From positions 124,001-188,000 of IMG/VR virus record IMGVR_UViG_3300047445_000186: 64,000 nt of DNA; one strand, written 5' to 3'. Position 1 is the stretch's first letter. Each line of letters opens with the position of its first letter. The position numbers were made by a program, and so were the translations under genes. Below, piece after piece: positions 38,987 through 46,248 of this stretch. A model generated the notes under the pieces. It saw nothing but the letters and a program-made list of their open reading frames with translations, was not told where the DNA came from and made no database searches.

Positions 38987-39958
38987 ATGGCATTTTCCCT
39001 CCTGCAAGAAATGGCGAAGCGTACCTCCGCTTCGCAGTTCTACGAACTCGGCAAGAAAAAGTACGGAGCCGAGAAGGTGAAGTCTCTGACTTGGCCTGAA
39101 ATCGTAGTGATCGCAAAAGAGAACGACGTTCTCATTCCTAGCGGCCTTCCTAAAATGAAGGTCGCTCGGGGGCGTTTTACTCTCGTTCCAGCAGATCATG
39201 TTGAGAAGGAAGAGCCAAAGGCTGCCGCCCCCGCACCAGCTCCAAAGGCTGAACCAAAGGCTGCTCCTGCACCTGCACCAGTTGCAGCTCCTACGCCAGT
39301 CGAAGCCCCAGCCGAATACAAGCGTCCAAATCTGCACGGTGCAGCGTACTTCTCCGAGTGGAGCCGTTTCTACGACGCCATGAAGAAAGAATGGGGCGAA
39401 TTCAAGCTGAAGCGAGTCGAATCCGGTAAGCAGACACGCGATCGTCTCGGCACAATGTGTGGTGACAAGCTCATGGTCGACGAGAACACGCACAACGTGA
39501 TGGGTATCTGGACCGTGTCCGGTTCCGACAAGATGATGGGCCGCGGCTTTGTCGTGTACGGCAGCGGTTACGTTGCTAAGAAATCTGCTGCGAAGGCAGA
39601 AACTCCGAAGGCTGAACCTGCACGTGAAAAGCGCAAGGGTGGTACAGCTACTGACGCAGAAAAGAAGGCCGCGCTTCTTGACGTGAAGCTTGCAATGCGT
39701 GATCGCGATGCACAAGGCGCCGATTGGGGCGAGTTCAGCACGAACGGGAACGCCATGACTCTTGACGTTCGCTATTGGGGCCGCTGGGAAAACCCAGAAG
39801 GTGAAGAAGACGAAGAAGACTACGACTGGCAGAAGCTGTCGGCCGAGTCACGTAAGAAACTGGAGCGAATCCTCGGTGACATCGAAAAGCGTCATCCAAA
39901 GGTCGCATTGTCGTACAGCACAGAAGAGAAGAACTGGCTGGTCATTCTCGCAAATTAA
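38987..39958 (+). CDS. Late protein with Ala/Pro linker, candidate head-internal
   Basis: TAAATA 38955; MAFSLLQEM. Confidence 0.7.
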   Translation: MAFSLLQEMAKRTSASQFYELGKKKYGAEKVKSLTWPEIVVIAKENDVLIPSGLPKMKVARGRFTLVPADHVEKEEPKAAAPAPAPKAEPKAAPAPAPVAAPTPVEAPAEYKRPNLHGAAYFSEWSRFYDAMKKEWGEFKLKRVESGKQTRDRLGTMCGDKLMVDENTHNVMGIWTVSGSDKMMGRGFVVYGSGYVAKKSAAKAETPKAEPAREKRKGGTATDAEKKAALLDVKLAMRDRDAQGADWGEFSTNGNAMTLDVRYWGRWENPEGEEDEEDYDWQKLSAESRKKLERILGDIEKRHPKVALSYSTEEKNWLVILAN

Positions 39959-39969
39959 GGTATACAATC

Positions 39970-40485
39970 ATGAAGATCCAAGAACTCCTCTCTGAAGGCA
40001 TGTACGTAGTCAAATCCAAAGACGGCGTTGAAAAGCGCTTCAAAAAGTCCGACTCCCCTGAAGCCAAGGACTGGGCTGCTAGCACCCAGAAGAAGGCAAC
40101 GCTCGCGAAATACTCGCAAGCATGGTGGAAAGACAAGGAAGACAAGGCAAAGTGGAAGTGGAATGACGCTGATGCTGTCTATCCATGGACCGAGATCGAT
40201 GACGATGAGCTGAACTCGAGCATGGTCTCGAAGGCCACGTTCAGTGGTGATCAGAAGATCAATGATTACCACATCCAAAAGGAATACTCGACCACGGTCG
40301 ACGGCGTGAAGTGCGCTACCGTTGATGTGTTCGCGCAAGTTGTTCACAACGTGCATGACCTCGGATACGACGACGAAACGATCAAGGGCATGGATCTTGA
40401 TAATGAAGACGGCGATGTTATGGACGGCGAAACCGTCACGTTCCACCGTGATCCAAAGAATCCAAAGAAGCTCGTGAGTGCATAA
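39970..40485 (+). CDS. Late protein, candidate head-internal
   Basis: MKIQELLSEG. Confidence 0.7.
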   Translation: MKIQELLSEGMYVVKSKDGVEKRFKKSDSPEAKDWAASTQKKATLAKYSQAWWKDKEDKAKWKWNDADAVYPWTEIDDDELNSSMVSKATFSGDQKINDYHIQKEYSTTVDGVKCATVDVFAQVVHNVHDLGYDDETIKGMDLDNEDGDVMDGETVTFHRDPKNPKKLVSA

Positions 40486-41222
40486 TGAAGCTCTTTGAAC
40501 TGACTGCCGATCTCGAAGCAGCGCTGAACGACAAAGCGAATGGCGCTGATGAGGTCGAGTACAAGGGTAAGCGGTACCGCCGCTCCGGCCCAAAGAACGC
40601 GACGAGCAAGCCAGGTCGCTGGAAGCTCGTTGAGGCAGTCGTTCAGGCCAGCTTCGGCAAGCGCCGAGGCGTCGAGCAGGACACCGGAATCGAAGTGCCT
40701 AAGGGCTATGACCGCTTTGAAGTCGAACACACCGAGGGTGAGAAATCTGCTTGGGTGATCGGCATCAAGGGGAACACGAAGACGAAGATCTCCCGTGCAG
40801 ATCTGGTTCTCGCTCGTGAGCTCGTGAAGGCGTACAACAAGGGTGGTAAGACGGACAGCGGCTTGAAGCCAATCTCGCTGATGCAGGCGTTCGGCTCGAA
40901 GGAAATGAACGTCTTGCACGACAACGGTATCACGTTCGCTGAGAAGCCATACTGGCACGACTTTGAAGAAGATGGTCGGCGCGCCGACAAGAACATCCAT
41001 CAAATCGCGCTCAAGAAGGTCGAGAAGCTGATTGGCAAGATTCCTGAGTACTCGGCCAAGGAAGTGTACGGCACGGACGTGAAGCAGAACGGTATGCTTG
41101 GTGATGTGAAGAACATGCCAAAGGAAGCCGTCGTGATCATTAAATTCAGCGACGGAACGCGCTATCTTGCTGACACCACGCAAGCTCGCTCGTACATTCG
41201 CATGTGGCAAAAGATCGTGTAA
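40485..41222 (+). CDS. Late protein, candidate head-internal
   Basis: MKLFELTADLEA. Confidence 0.7.
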   Translation: MKLFELTADLEAALNDKANGADEVEYKGKRYRRSGPKNATSKPGRWKLVEAVVQASFGKRRGVEQDTGIEVPKGYDRFEVEHTEGEKSAWVIGIKGNTKTKISRADLVLARELVKAYNKGGKTDSGLKPISLMQAFGSKEMNVLHDNGITFAEKPYWHDFEEDGRRADKNIHQIALKKVEKLIGKIPEYSAKEVYGTDVKQNGMLGDVKNMPKEAVVIIKFSDGTRYLADTTQARSYIRMWQKIV

Positions 41223-42100
41223 TGTTGACCTTCAAAGACTTCATCGCAGCTCAGGCCCTTTACGAGGACATCTTCGTAAAGGGTGATGAGCTTCTGGCTG
41301 CCGTGAATACGAGCAGCACCGTTCGTAAGCCATCAACTCCTACGTCGATCAGCACGAATCTCCGTCCACTTGGCCGTCAGACAGGTCTCACTCGTGGTCT
41401 TGATGTGTGGTACGCTTTCTCGTACAAGCCATCGGACGAATCTGGTGGCTCCACTGATCTGCTGAAGTCTTTCAAGGGTAAGGGCCCGTTCAAGTTCACC
41501 GATGCTCGTCGTGAGAAGTTCATCGATGACACGACAACGCACATGGCATCCGAGTTCAAGAAGATGAACCGCGTTCCAGACGTGATCGTCACGCCTCAGT
41601 CTTCGAGCGTTGTGGTTGCTGAGTTCGCTACCGCTCTCGCAAAGAAGCTTGGCGTTCAATCAGCTAAGATCGGCGCGTTCAAGAAGGCCGACGCTATTCA
41701 GCTCCCTGAAGACAAAGAGAAGGCGCTCACTCTGATCCAGTCGAAGTACATCGACTTGGACTACATCCTCGAGAAATTCAAGGGTGACGACAAGCAGATC
41801 GACGTCGTGATGCGCGAAATCTCGCTTGCTGTCTATCGCTCGATCAAGAAGCACGGTCACATCGTCGCGAAAGAGCTGCCGAAGATGTTCAGCAAGTTCG
41901 TGAAGAACATTGTTGACAATGCGCTCGAAGGCGATGATCAGTACATCCTGTGGGACAAAGACGTGATGGTCGTCGATGACGTGCTCTCGTCTGGTGCCAC
42001 AATGAGCGATCTGTTCCGCGCTTGCAAGGACCTGCTTGCAGCAAAGGTCTGGGGCTGTACCCTGTTCGCACGCACATCAGCCGCTAAAGAAGCAGAATGA
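41222..42100 (+). CDS. Type I phosphoribosyltransferase-fold protein
   Basis: PRPP-binding loop VMVVDDVLSSGATM; N-terminus MLTFKDFI. Confidence 0.8.
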   Translation: MLTFKDFIAAQALYEDIFVKGDELLAAVNTSSTVRKPSTPTSISTNLRPLGRQTGLTRGLDVWYAFSYKPSDESGGSTDLLKSFKGKGPFKFTDARREKFIDDTTTHMASEFKKMNRVPDVIVTPQSSSVVVAEFATALAKKLGVQSAKIGAFKKADAIQLPEDKEKALTLIQSKYIDLDYILEKFKGDDKQIDVVMREISLAVYRSIKKHGHIVAKELPKMFSKFVKNIVDNALEGDDQYILWDKDVMVVDDVLSSGATMSDLFRACKDLLAAKVWGCTLFARTSAAKEAE

Positions 42101-42720
42101 AAATCAAAGAACTCCTGACCCTTCGTGAGGCTCCGCAAGAGGAGTCTTTTGAAGCGTACATTGATCGCCTTCAAGCAATGGGCTTGAATCCGCTTGGTAA
42201 CGGTACGAATTCGTACGTGTTCAAGCACCCAACACTGCCAAACGTCGCTGTCAAAATCTTCCTTGACGACGATCGCGGGTACCGTGATTACCTCGAGTTC
42301 TGCATCAAGCATCCGTCGAACAAGTACTGCCCGAAGGTCTTTGAGACCGACGAGTTCTCTGAACAGCGTCGTACAAAGTACTTCACGAAGGAACTGCACG
42401 CGAACTGGAACGTCGCGCGCAGCGATAACGAGCCGTACTCGATCACCTTCCTTGAAAAATTAGATCCAATCACCAATGAGGCGATGGACTCAATGTTCGA
42501 GCGTCTTGGCAAGATCGCTGGTAAGAAGCTTGGAGCTCTCGCCAATCTCGGTGCTGATGGCTGGACAGCTATTGCAGCTGACGGCAATGATCATGATCTG
42601 CAGCAGCTTGCTCAGTACTTCGTCAGCGAGCTCAAGAACGGTCACAAGCTCGACATGGGCAATCGGAAGAACTTCTGTCTGCGCGGCGATCAATTCGTTT
42701 TCATTGATCCCTTCTTTTGA
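42097..42720 (+). CDS. Protein kinase-like protein
   Basis: LGNGTNSYVF Gly loop, VAVKIF, LD....NF, FIDP. Confidence 0.65.
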   Translation: MKIKELLTLREAPQEESFEAYIDRLQAMGLNPLGNGTNSYVFKHPTLPNVAVKIFLDDDRGYRDYLEFCIKHPSNKYCPKVFETDEFSEQRRTKYFTKELHANWNVARSDNEPYSITFLEKLDPITNEAMDSMFERLGKIAGKKLGALANLGADGWTAIAADGNDHDLQQLAQYFVSELKNGHKLDMGNRKNFCLRGDQFVFIDPFF

Positions 42721-42755
42721 TCGTGCCTGAGGATGTTCTGCTCTATAATGAGGGC

Positions 42756-43181
42756 ATGAAATTCTCACATGTTAAACAAGCCGATACGCCCTGGAAGTCT
42801 GATGGACTCCGGGGCTTTTTCGAATATCGCGATCTCGGCATCAAGGACGCGACCGATGGTCAGGTCATTTGCCATCTGGTCCGCGCCGCGAAGCCAGCAG
42901 ACGAAGGCACGGGCTGGCACATCCACGTTCTGAACTTCCAGATCGTGATCATGAACAAGGGCTGGGCGAAGTTCATGTACGGCGATCAATCAGTTCTCGT
43001 CGAAGCTGGCGACGTCGTTCATCAGCAGCCAGGCCTGATCCACTACCTGTACGACTACTCACGCGACATGGAGTACACCGAGATCTGTTCTCCTGCCGAT
43101 TTCGGATCGCTTGAGGTACATGGTCACAACGTCCCAGTCCCGAAAGCATACGGCGTCTTGATCGTACCTGAGGTAGAATAA
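42756..43181 (+). CDS. Cupin domain protein
   Basis: FFEYRDLGI..TGWHIH..AGDVVHQQPGLIH. Confidence 0.85.
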   Translation: MKFSHVKQADTPWKSDGLRGFFEYRDLGIKDATDGQVICHLVRAAKPADEGTGWHIHVLNFQIVIMNKGWAKFMYGDQSVLVEAGDVVHQQPGLIHYLYDYSRDMEYTEICSPADFGSLEVHGHNVPVPKAYGVLIVPEVE

Positions 43182-43371
43182 GACCTTCACGCGAACAAAC
43201 CTTGAAGTTTCGAGCAAGTTCGCTAAATACAAATGTCCTGAAGTGATGTCGCAGAACATCGATCGTGATCCCGAAAGTGATTACACAAAGATCGAGAACA
43301 TGTTACATTACTTCTATCGACTCTAACGAGTCACCAAACTAATTCATTCAGAAACACTTCGGTAGCACAAC

Positions 43372-43506
43372 ATGAACACCGCACGCATGATCAATACGAA
43401 TCGATTCTGGCAGCAACGCCAGACGTTCGATCGTGCATGCGAGATGAAGCATGAGATTGATACCAAAGGAACGCCCCAGGTAGGAGGCTCGACGGAAACG
43501 CTCTAA
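43372..43506 (+). CDS. Putative leader peptide (44 aa) of the tRNA array
   Basis: MNTARMINTNRFWQQRQTFDRACEMKHEIDTKGTPQVGGSTETL*; codons match array anticodons. Confidence 0.7.
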   Translation: MNTARMINTNRFWQQRQTFDRACEMKHEIDTKGTPQVGGSTETL

Positions 43507-43566
43507 GCGAACCGAAAAGCAAACCAAACCTGGGGAACTACGAAAGTGGTTCCCCAGGGTCGTTTC
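43474..43566 (+). promoter_or_regulatory. Putative attenuator: antiterminator (CCCCAGGT/ACCTGGGG) competing with terminator hairpin 43529-43558
   Basis: CCTGGGGAACTAC-GAAA-GTGGTTCCCCAGG; its 5' arm is also complementary to 43474-43481. Confidence 0.7.
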
Positions 43567-43579
43567 TGGAACACCTTAA

Positions 43580-43796
43580 CGATCGTGACGATCGAGACCC
43601 TCGGTTTAAGAGACACCGAGCTACCAAAACTCCGGACCGCGATAACTCTGGCGAGTAGTCTTCAGCCAGACGAGTGCGAAAAAGGCAAATTGGTTTTATG
43701 CCTCTCGATTCGAGAGGCGTTATTTCAAAACGTGCAGATAGGATTCCGAGGAAAGCTGAAGGCCAGGATTCGGAGGAAGCAGTACGTTTTGAAATA
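43580..43796 (+). ncRNA. Multi-hairpin structured RNA preceding first tRNA
   Basis: CTCGGT/ACCGAG, CTGGC/GCCAG, GCCTCTCG/CGAGAGGC and TATTTCAAAACGTGC/GTACGTTTTGAAATA stems. Confidence 0.45.
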
Positions 43797-43798
43797 AC

Positions 43799-43874
43799 GG
43801 GTCGTTGACAGAGCGGCAGATGTACCTCCCTCTTAAGGAGATCTAGCAGGGTTCGACTCCCTGGCGACCCACCA
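43799..43874 (+). tRNA. tRNA-Lys(CTT)
   Basis: Cloverleaf, loop CTCTTAA, CCA end. Confidence 0.85.
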
Positions 43875-43879
43875 AACAT

Positions 43880-43990
43880 GCCGAGATAGCACGATGGTCG
43901 TGCACTTTATGTAAGAGCGAGTGTCTACGGGAAACACGGCACTTGACAGAAAAGAAACGGATGGTGGTTCAAATCCATCTCTTGGCGCCA
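43880..43990 (+). ncRNA. tRNA-like RNA with extended anticodon arm and no anticodon loop
   Basis: Acceptor GCCGAGA/TCTTGGC-GCCA, D arm, TTCAAAT T-loop; ~50-nt irregular hairpin in place of anticodon arm. Confidence 0.7.
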
Positions 43991-43996
43991 AACAAT

Positions 43997-44072
43997 GGGA
44001 CTTTCGTATAGCTGGTGCGTACGGGAGCTTGAAAACCTTCAGGAAGCGGTTCGATTCCGCTAGGTCCCACCA
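43997..44072 (+). tRNA. tRNA-Phe(GAA)
   Basis: Loop TTGAAAA, CCA. Confidence 0.85.
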
Positions 44073-44076
44073 ATTT

Positions 44077-44151
44077 GCTTCGTTCGACTACCGGTTAGGT
44101 CGCTAGCCTTTCAAGCTGGAGAAACGGGTTCGACTCCCGTACGAAGCACCA
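44077..44151 (+). tRNA. tRNA-Glu(TTC)
   Basis: Loop CTTTCAA, CCA. Confidence 0.9.
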
Positions 44152-44158
44152 GAACAAT

Positions 44159-44237
44159 AGGGTTGAAATCGAAGTGGCACGAGATACATGGCTTTGACCC
44201 ATGGTAATATCAGGTTCGAGTCCTGACAGCCCTGCCA
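44159..44237 (+). tRNA. tRNA-Gln(TTG)
   Basis: CATGG-CTTTGAC-CCATG, CCA. Confidence 0.88.
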
Positions 44238-44242
44238 AACAT

Positions 44243-44320
44243 ATCAGCGTCGTCTAAATGGTCTAGGACATCAGACTTTCAATCTGAGCAATGCGGGTTC
44301 AACTCCCGTCGCTGATGCCA
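44243..44320 (+). tRNA. tRNA-Glu(TTC)
   Basis: TCAGA-CTTTCAA-TCTGA, CCA. Confidence 0.9.
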
Positions 44321-44326
44321 AACAAT

Positions 44327-44401
44327 ACCTTAGTAGCTCAGTGGTAGAGCACCGTCTTGATAAGGCGTAGGTCGTTGGTTCGATTCCAACTTAAGGTACC
44401 A
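44327..44401 (+). tRNA. tRNA-Ile(GAT)
   Basis: Loop TTGATAA, CCA. Confidence 0.88.
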
Positions 44402-44408
44402 GAATAAT

Positions 44409-44482
44409 GGGACGTTCGTATATGGGTATTATGTGGCGCTGTCTACGCTACGAAACGGGTTCGAGTCCCGTACGTCCCGCCA
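44409..44482 (+). tRNA. tRNA-Asp(GTC)
   Basis: TGGCG-CTGTCTA-CGCTA, CCA. Confidence 0.88.
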
Positions 44483-44486
44483 AATT

Positions 44487-44561
44487 CGTGCGGTAGCATT
44501 ATGGTAATGCGCCACCCTCATAAGGTGTCCCAAGTGGGTTCGATTCCCACCTGCACGACCA
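44487..44561 (+). tRNA. tRNA-Met(CAT), elongator-type or Ile2
   Basis: Loop CTCATAA; C1-G72 paired so not initiator-like; CCA. Confidence 0.8.
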
Positions 44562-44573
44562 AGTGTCCTTTGC

Positions 44574-44645
44574 TCCGGTGTAGCTCAGCGGTAGAGCAGC
44601 TCGCTGTTAACGAGTTGGTCGTTGGTTCGATCCCAGCCTCCGGAG
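44574..44645 (+). tRNA. tRNA-Asn(GTT), no encoded CCA
   Basis: Loop CTGTTAA; ends G-CAA. Confidence 0.85.
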
Positions 44646-44661
44646 CAAAGAACATTTCTAT

Positions 44662-44756
44662 TCCCCTGTACTCTAATTGGTAAGAGACCTGGCTGTTAAC
44701 CAGACGTAAAGGCCGTAAGGCGTAATATGCAAGTTCGAAGCTTGCTGGGGGAGCCA
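44662..44756 (+). tRNA. tRNA-Asn(GTT) with long variable arm
   Basis: Loop CTGTTAA; ~25-nt variable region with GCC-GTAA-GGC hairpin; CCA. Confidence 0.78.
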
Positions 44757-44806
44757 AGATTAAGAAACCTTACTCACGCGGTCACTCGCGGTCCCGTAGG
44801 GTTTAT

Positions 44807-44882
44807 GCGCGGTTAGCTCAGTTGGTAGAGCAAACGACCGATAATCGTTAGGTCGCTGGTTCGAATCCAGCACTGCGCACCA
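44807..44882 (+). tRNA. tRNA-Ile(GAT), C at position 33
   Basis: AACGA-CCGATAA-TCGTT, CCA. Confidence 0.88.
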
Positions 44883-44890
44883 CAAATTAT

Positions 44891-44967
44891 GCCTCTTTAG
44901 CTCAACTGGATAGAGCACTGGCCTACGAAGCCGGGGGTTGCAGGTTCGAATCCTGTGAGAGGCACCA
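44891..44967 (+). tRNA. tRNA-Arg(ACG)
   Basis: Loop CTACGAA, CCA. Confidence 0.92.
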
Positions 44968-44973
44968 GAATAT

Positions 44974-45034
44974 TCCGACCGTCAGTGCAAGGTTATCCTT
45001 CTACGATTCCCCCTTGCGCGATCTCTTTGTCGGA
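44974..45034 (+). ncRNA. Y-RNA-like ncRNA inside tRNA array
   Basis: TCCGAC/GTCGGA stem, CCG-N9-GGTTATC, GTGCAAGG/CCTTGCGC stem, 3' ATCTCTTTGT shared with 54929-54985. Confidence 0.7.
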
Positions 45035-45042
45035 CGAAACAT

Positions 45043-45116
45043 AGGTCCTTGGTGTAATGGCAGCATGACGGTCTCCAAAACCGTTCGTGGGGGTTCGAGT
45101 CCCTCAGGACCTGCCA
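45043..45116 (+). tRNA. tRNA-Trp(CCA)
   Basis: ACGGT-CTCCAAA-ACCGT, CCA. Confidence 0.92.
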
Positions 45117-45185
45117 AGATAACGGTGCGTTTAGGAACGGACGCTTAATTGCCAACCCCACATAATCTGGCGGCCGAATAACAAT

Positions 45186-45260
45186 GTGCACTTGACAGAA
45201 TGGTAATGTCGCTGGCTGCAACCCAGTTGTTCGGGGGTTCGATTCCCTCAGTGCACTCCA
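45186..45260 (+). tRNA. tRNA-Cys(GCA)
   Basis: Loop CTGCAAC, U73, CCA. Confidence 0.88.
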
Positions 45261-45416
45261 ATTACGACAGGAGCAAGGCGCCCTCGGGCTTGTGGCTAGC
45301 TGTGGAAAGTGACCCTCCACCTCCAACGTCGTTCCAATCAAAGCTTCGTCGTTCCATTCACACGGGTACGCGACTCCGTTTCTCGCAAGAGGTGCAGGGC
45401 GAAGCAACGCAATTAT

Positions 45417-45489
45417 AGGTGAGCCAGCGGCGCTGGACAAGAGCATCCAAAGCTCGAAGTTGGTAGTTCGACTCTGCCATCGCCTGCCA
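45417..45489 (+). tRNA. Atypical tRNA-Trp(CCA), minimal D arm
   Basis: D arm CCAGC-GGC-GCTGG; loop ATCCAAA; TTCGACT; CCA. Confidence 0.7.
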
Positions 45490-45494
45490 ATTAT

Positions 45495-45566
45495 AGGTGA
45501 TCCATGGGCCGTGGACATGAGCCTCCAAAACTCGTTGGGACAGTTCGACTCTGTCATTGCCTGCCA
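45495..45566 (+). tRNA. Atypical tRNA-Trp(CCA), minimal D arm
   Basis: D arm CCATG-GGC-CGTGG; loop CTCCAAA; CCA. Confidence 0.7.
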
Positions 45567-45574
45567 AAATTTAT

Positions 45575-45650
45575 GGTGTACGTAGTGTAGTGGTCTGCAC
45601 CCTAGGCTGTGAACCTGGTAGTGGGAGTTCGATCCTCCTCGTACACCCCA
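45575..45650 (+). tRNA. tRNA-His(GTG)
   Basis: G-1/C73, loop CTGTGAA, CCA. Confidence 0.9.
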
Positions 45651-45658
45651 GAATATGT

Positions 45659-45731
45659 TGCCTCGTGATATGGAAATCGCCCCTGGCTCTGACCCAGGTG
45701 GATGACGGTTCGATTCCGTCCGGGGTTGCCA
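45659..45731 (+). tRNA. tRNA-Gln(CTG), short D arm
   Basis: CCTGG-CTCTGAC-CCAGG, CCA. Confidence 0.8.
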
Positions 45732-45736
45732 AATAC

Positions 45737-45812
45737 GCCTTGTGAGTGAATGTGGAGAGCACAGCGGTTTCGTATTCCGCAGGACGCAGTTCGACTCTGC
45801 GACAAGGCACCA
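45737..45812 (+). tRNA. tRNA-Thr(CGT)
   Basis: GCGGT-TTCGTAT-TCCGC; GCC acceptor start, A73, CCA. Confidence 0.78.
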
Positions 45813-45819
45813 GAATTAT

Positions 45820-45892
45820 TGGGGTATGACATGGACGTTGGCCTGGGCTTTGACCCCGGTGCCGGTCGGTTCGATTCCGACTACCCTTGCCA
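45820..45892 (+). tRNA. tRNA-Gln(TTG), short D arm
   Basis: CTGGG-CTTTGAC-CCCGG, CCA. Confidence 0.78.
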
Positions 45893-45895
45893 AAC

Positions 45896-45973
45896 ACCGC
45901 ATTAGCTCAACTGGATCAGAGCGTCGCACTCCGAAGGCGACAGATGTGGGTTCGAATCCCATGTGTGGTACCA
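45896..45973 (+). tRNA. tRNA-Arg(CCG)
   Basis: Loop CTCCGAA, CCA. Confidence 0.85.
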
Positions 45974-45980
45974 AAATTAC

Positions 45981-46056
45981 GCCGTCATAGCTCAGTTGGT
46001 AGAGCAGTTCCTTGGTATGGAGAAGGTCAGGGGTTCGATTCCTCTTGACGGCACCA
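45981..46056 (+). tRNA. tRNA-Thr(GGT)
   Basis: Loop TTGGTAT, CCA. Confidence 0.9.
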
Positions 46057-46248
46057 GTTTAGCACATGCTCGGCATGATAACACAGGGTCATTGATCCGG
46101 ACATGTTCGATCTGCGGTCTGACGTAGGAGTACGGCAAAGACAAGCTCGGAACGGGAACTCCCATGTGCTGATTCATTACTTGAAAGGAGCGCGTAATGC
46201 GTACGTCAGTTTCGACGCCTAGCGCGTCTGGTAAACGCCATACACTTT

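Noticed and set aside
43880-43990. tmRNA or group I intron-containing tRNA
   Set aside because: Far too short; no tag ORF, pseudoknots or group I core
43538-46177. ORF-track entries overlapping the tRNA array
   Set aside because: The sequence is explained by tRNA and ncRNA structures, and the translations have no protein-like features
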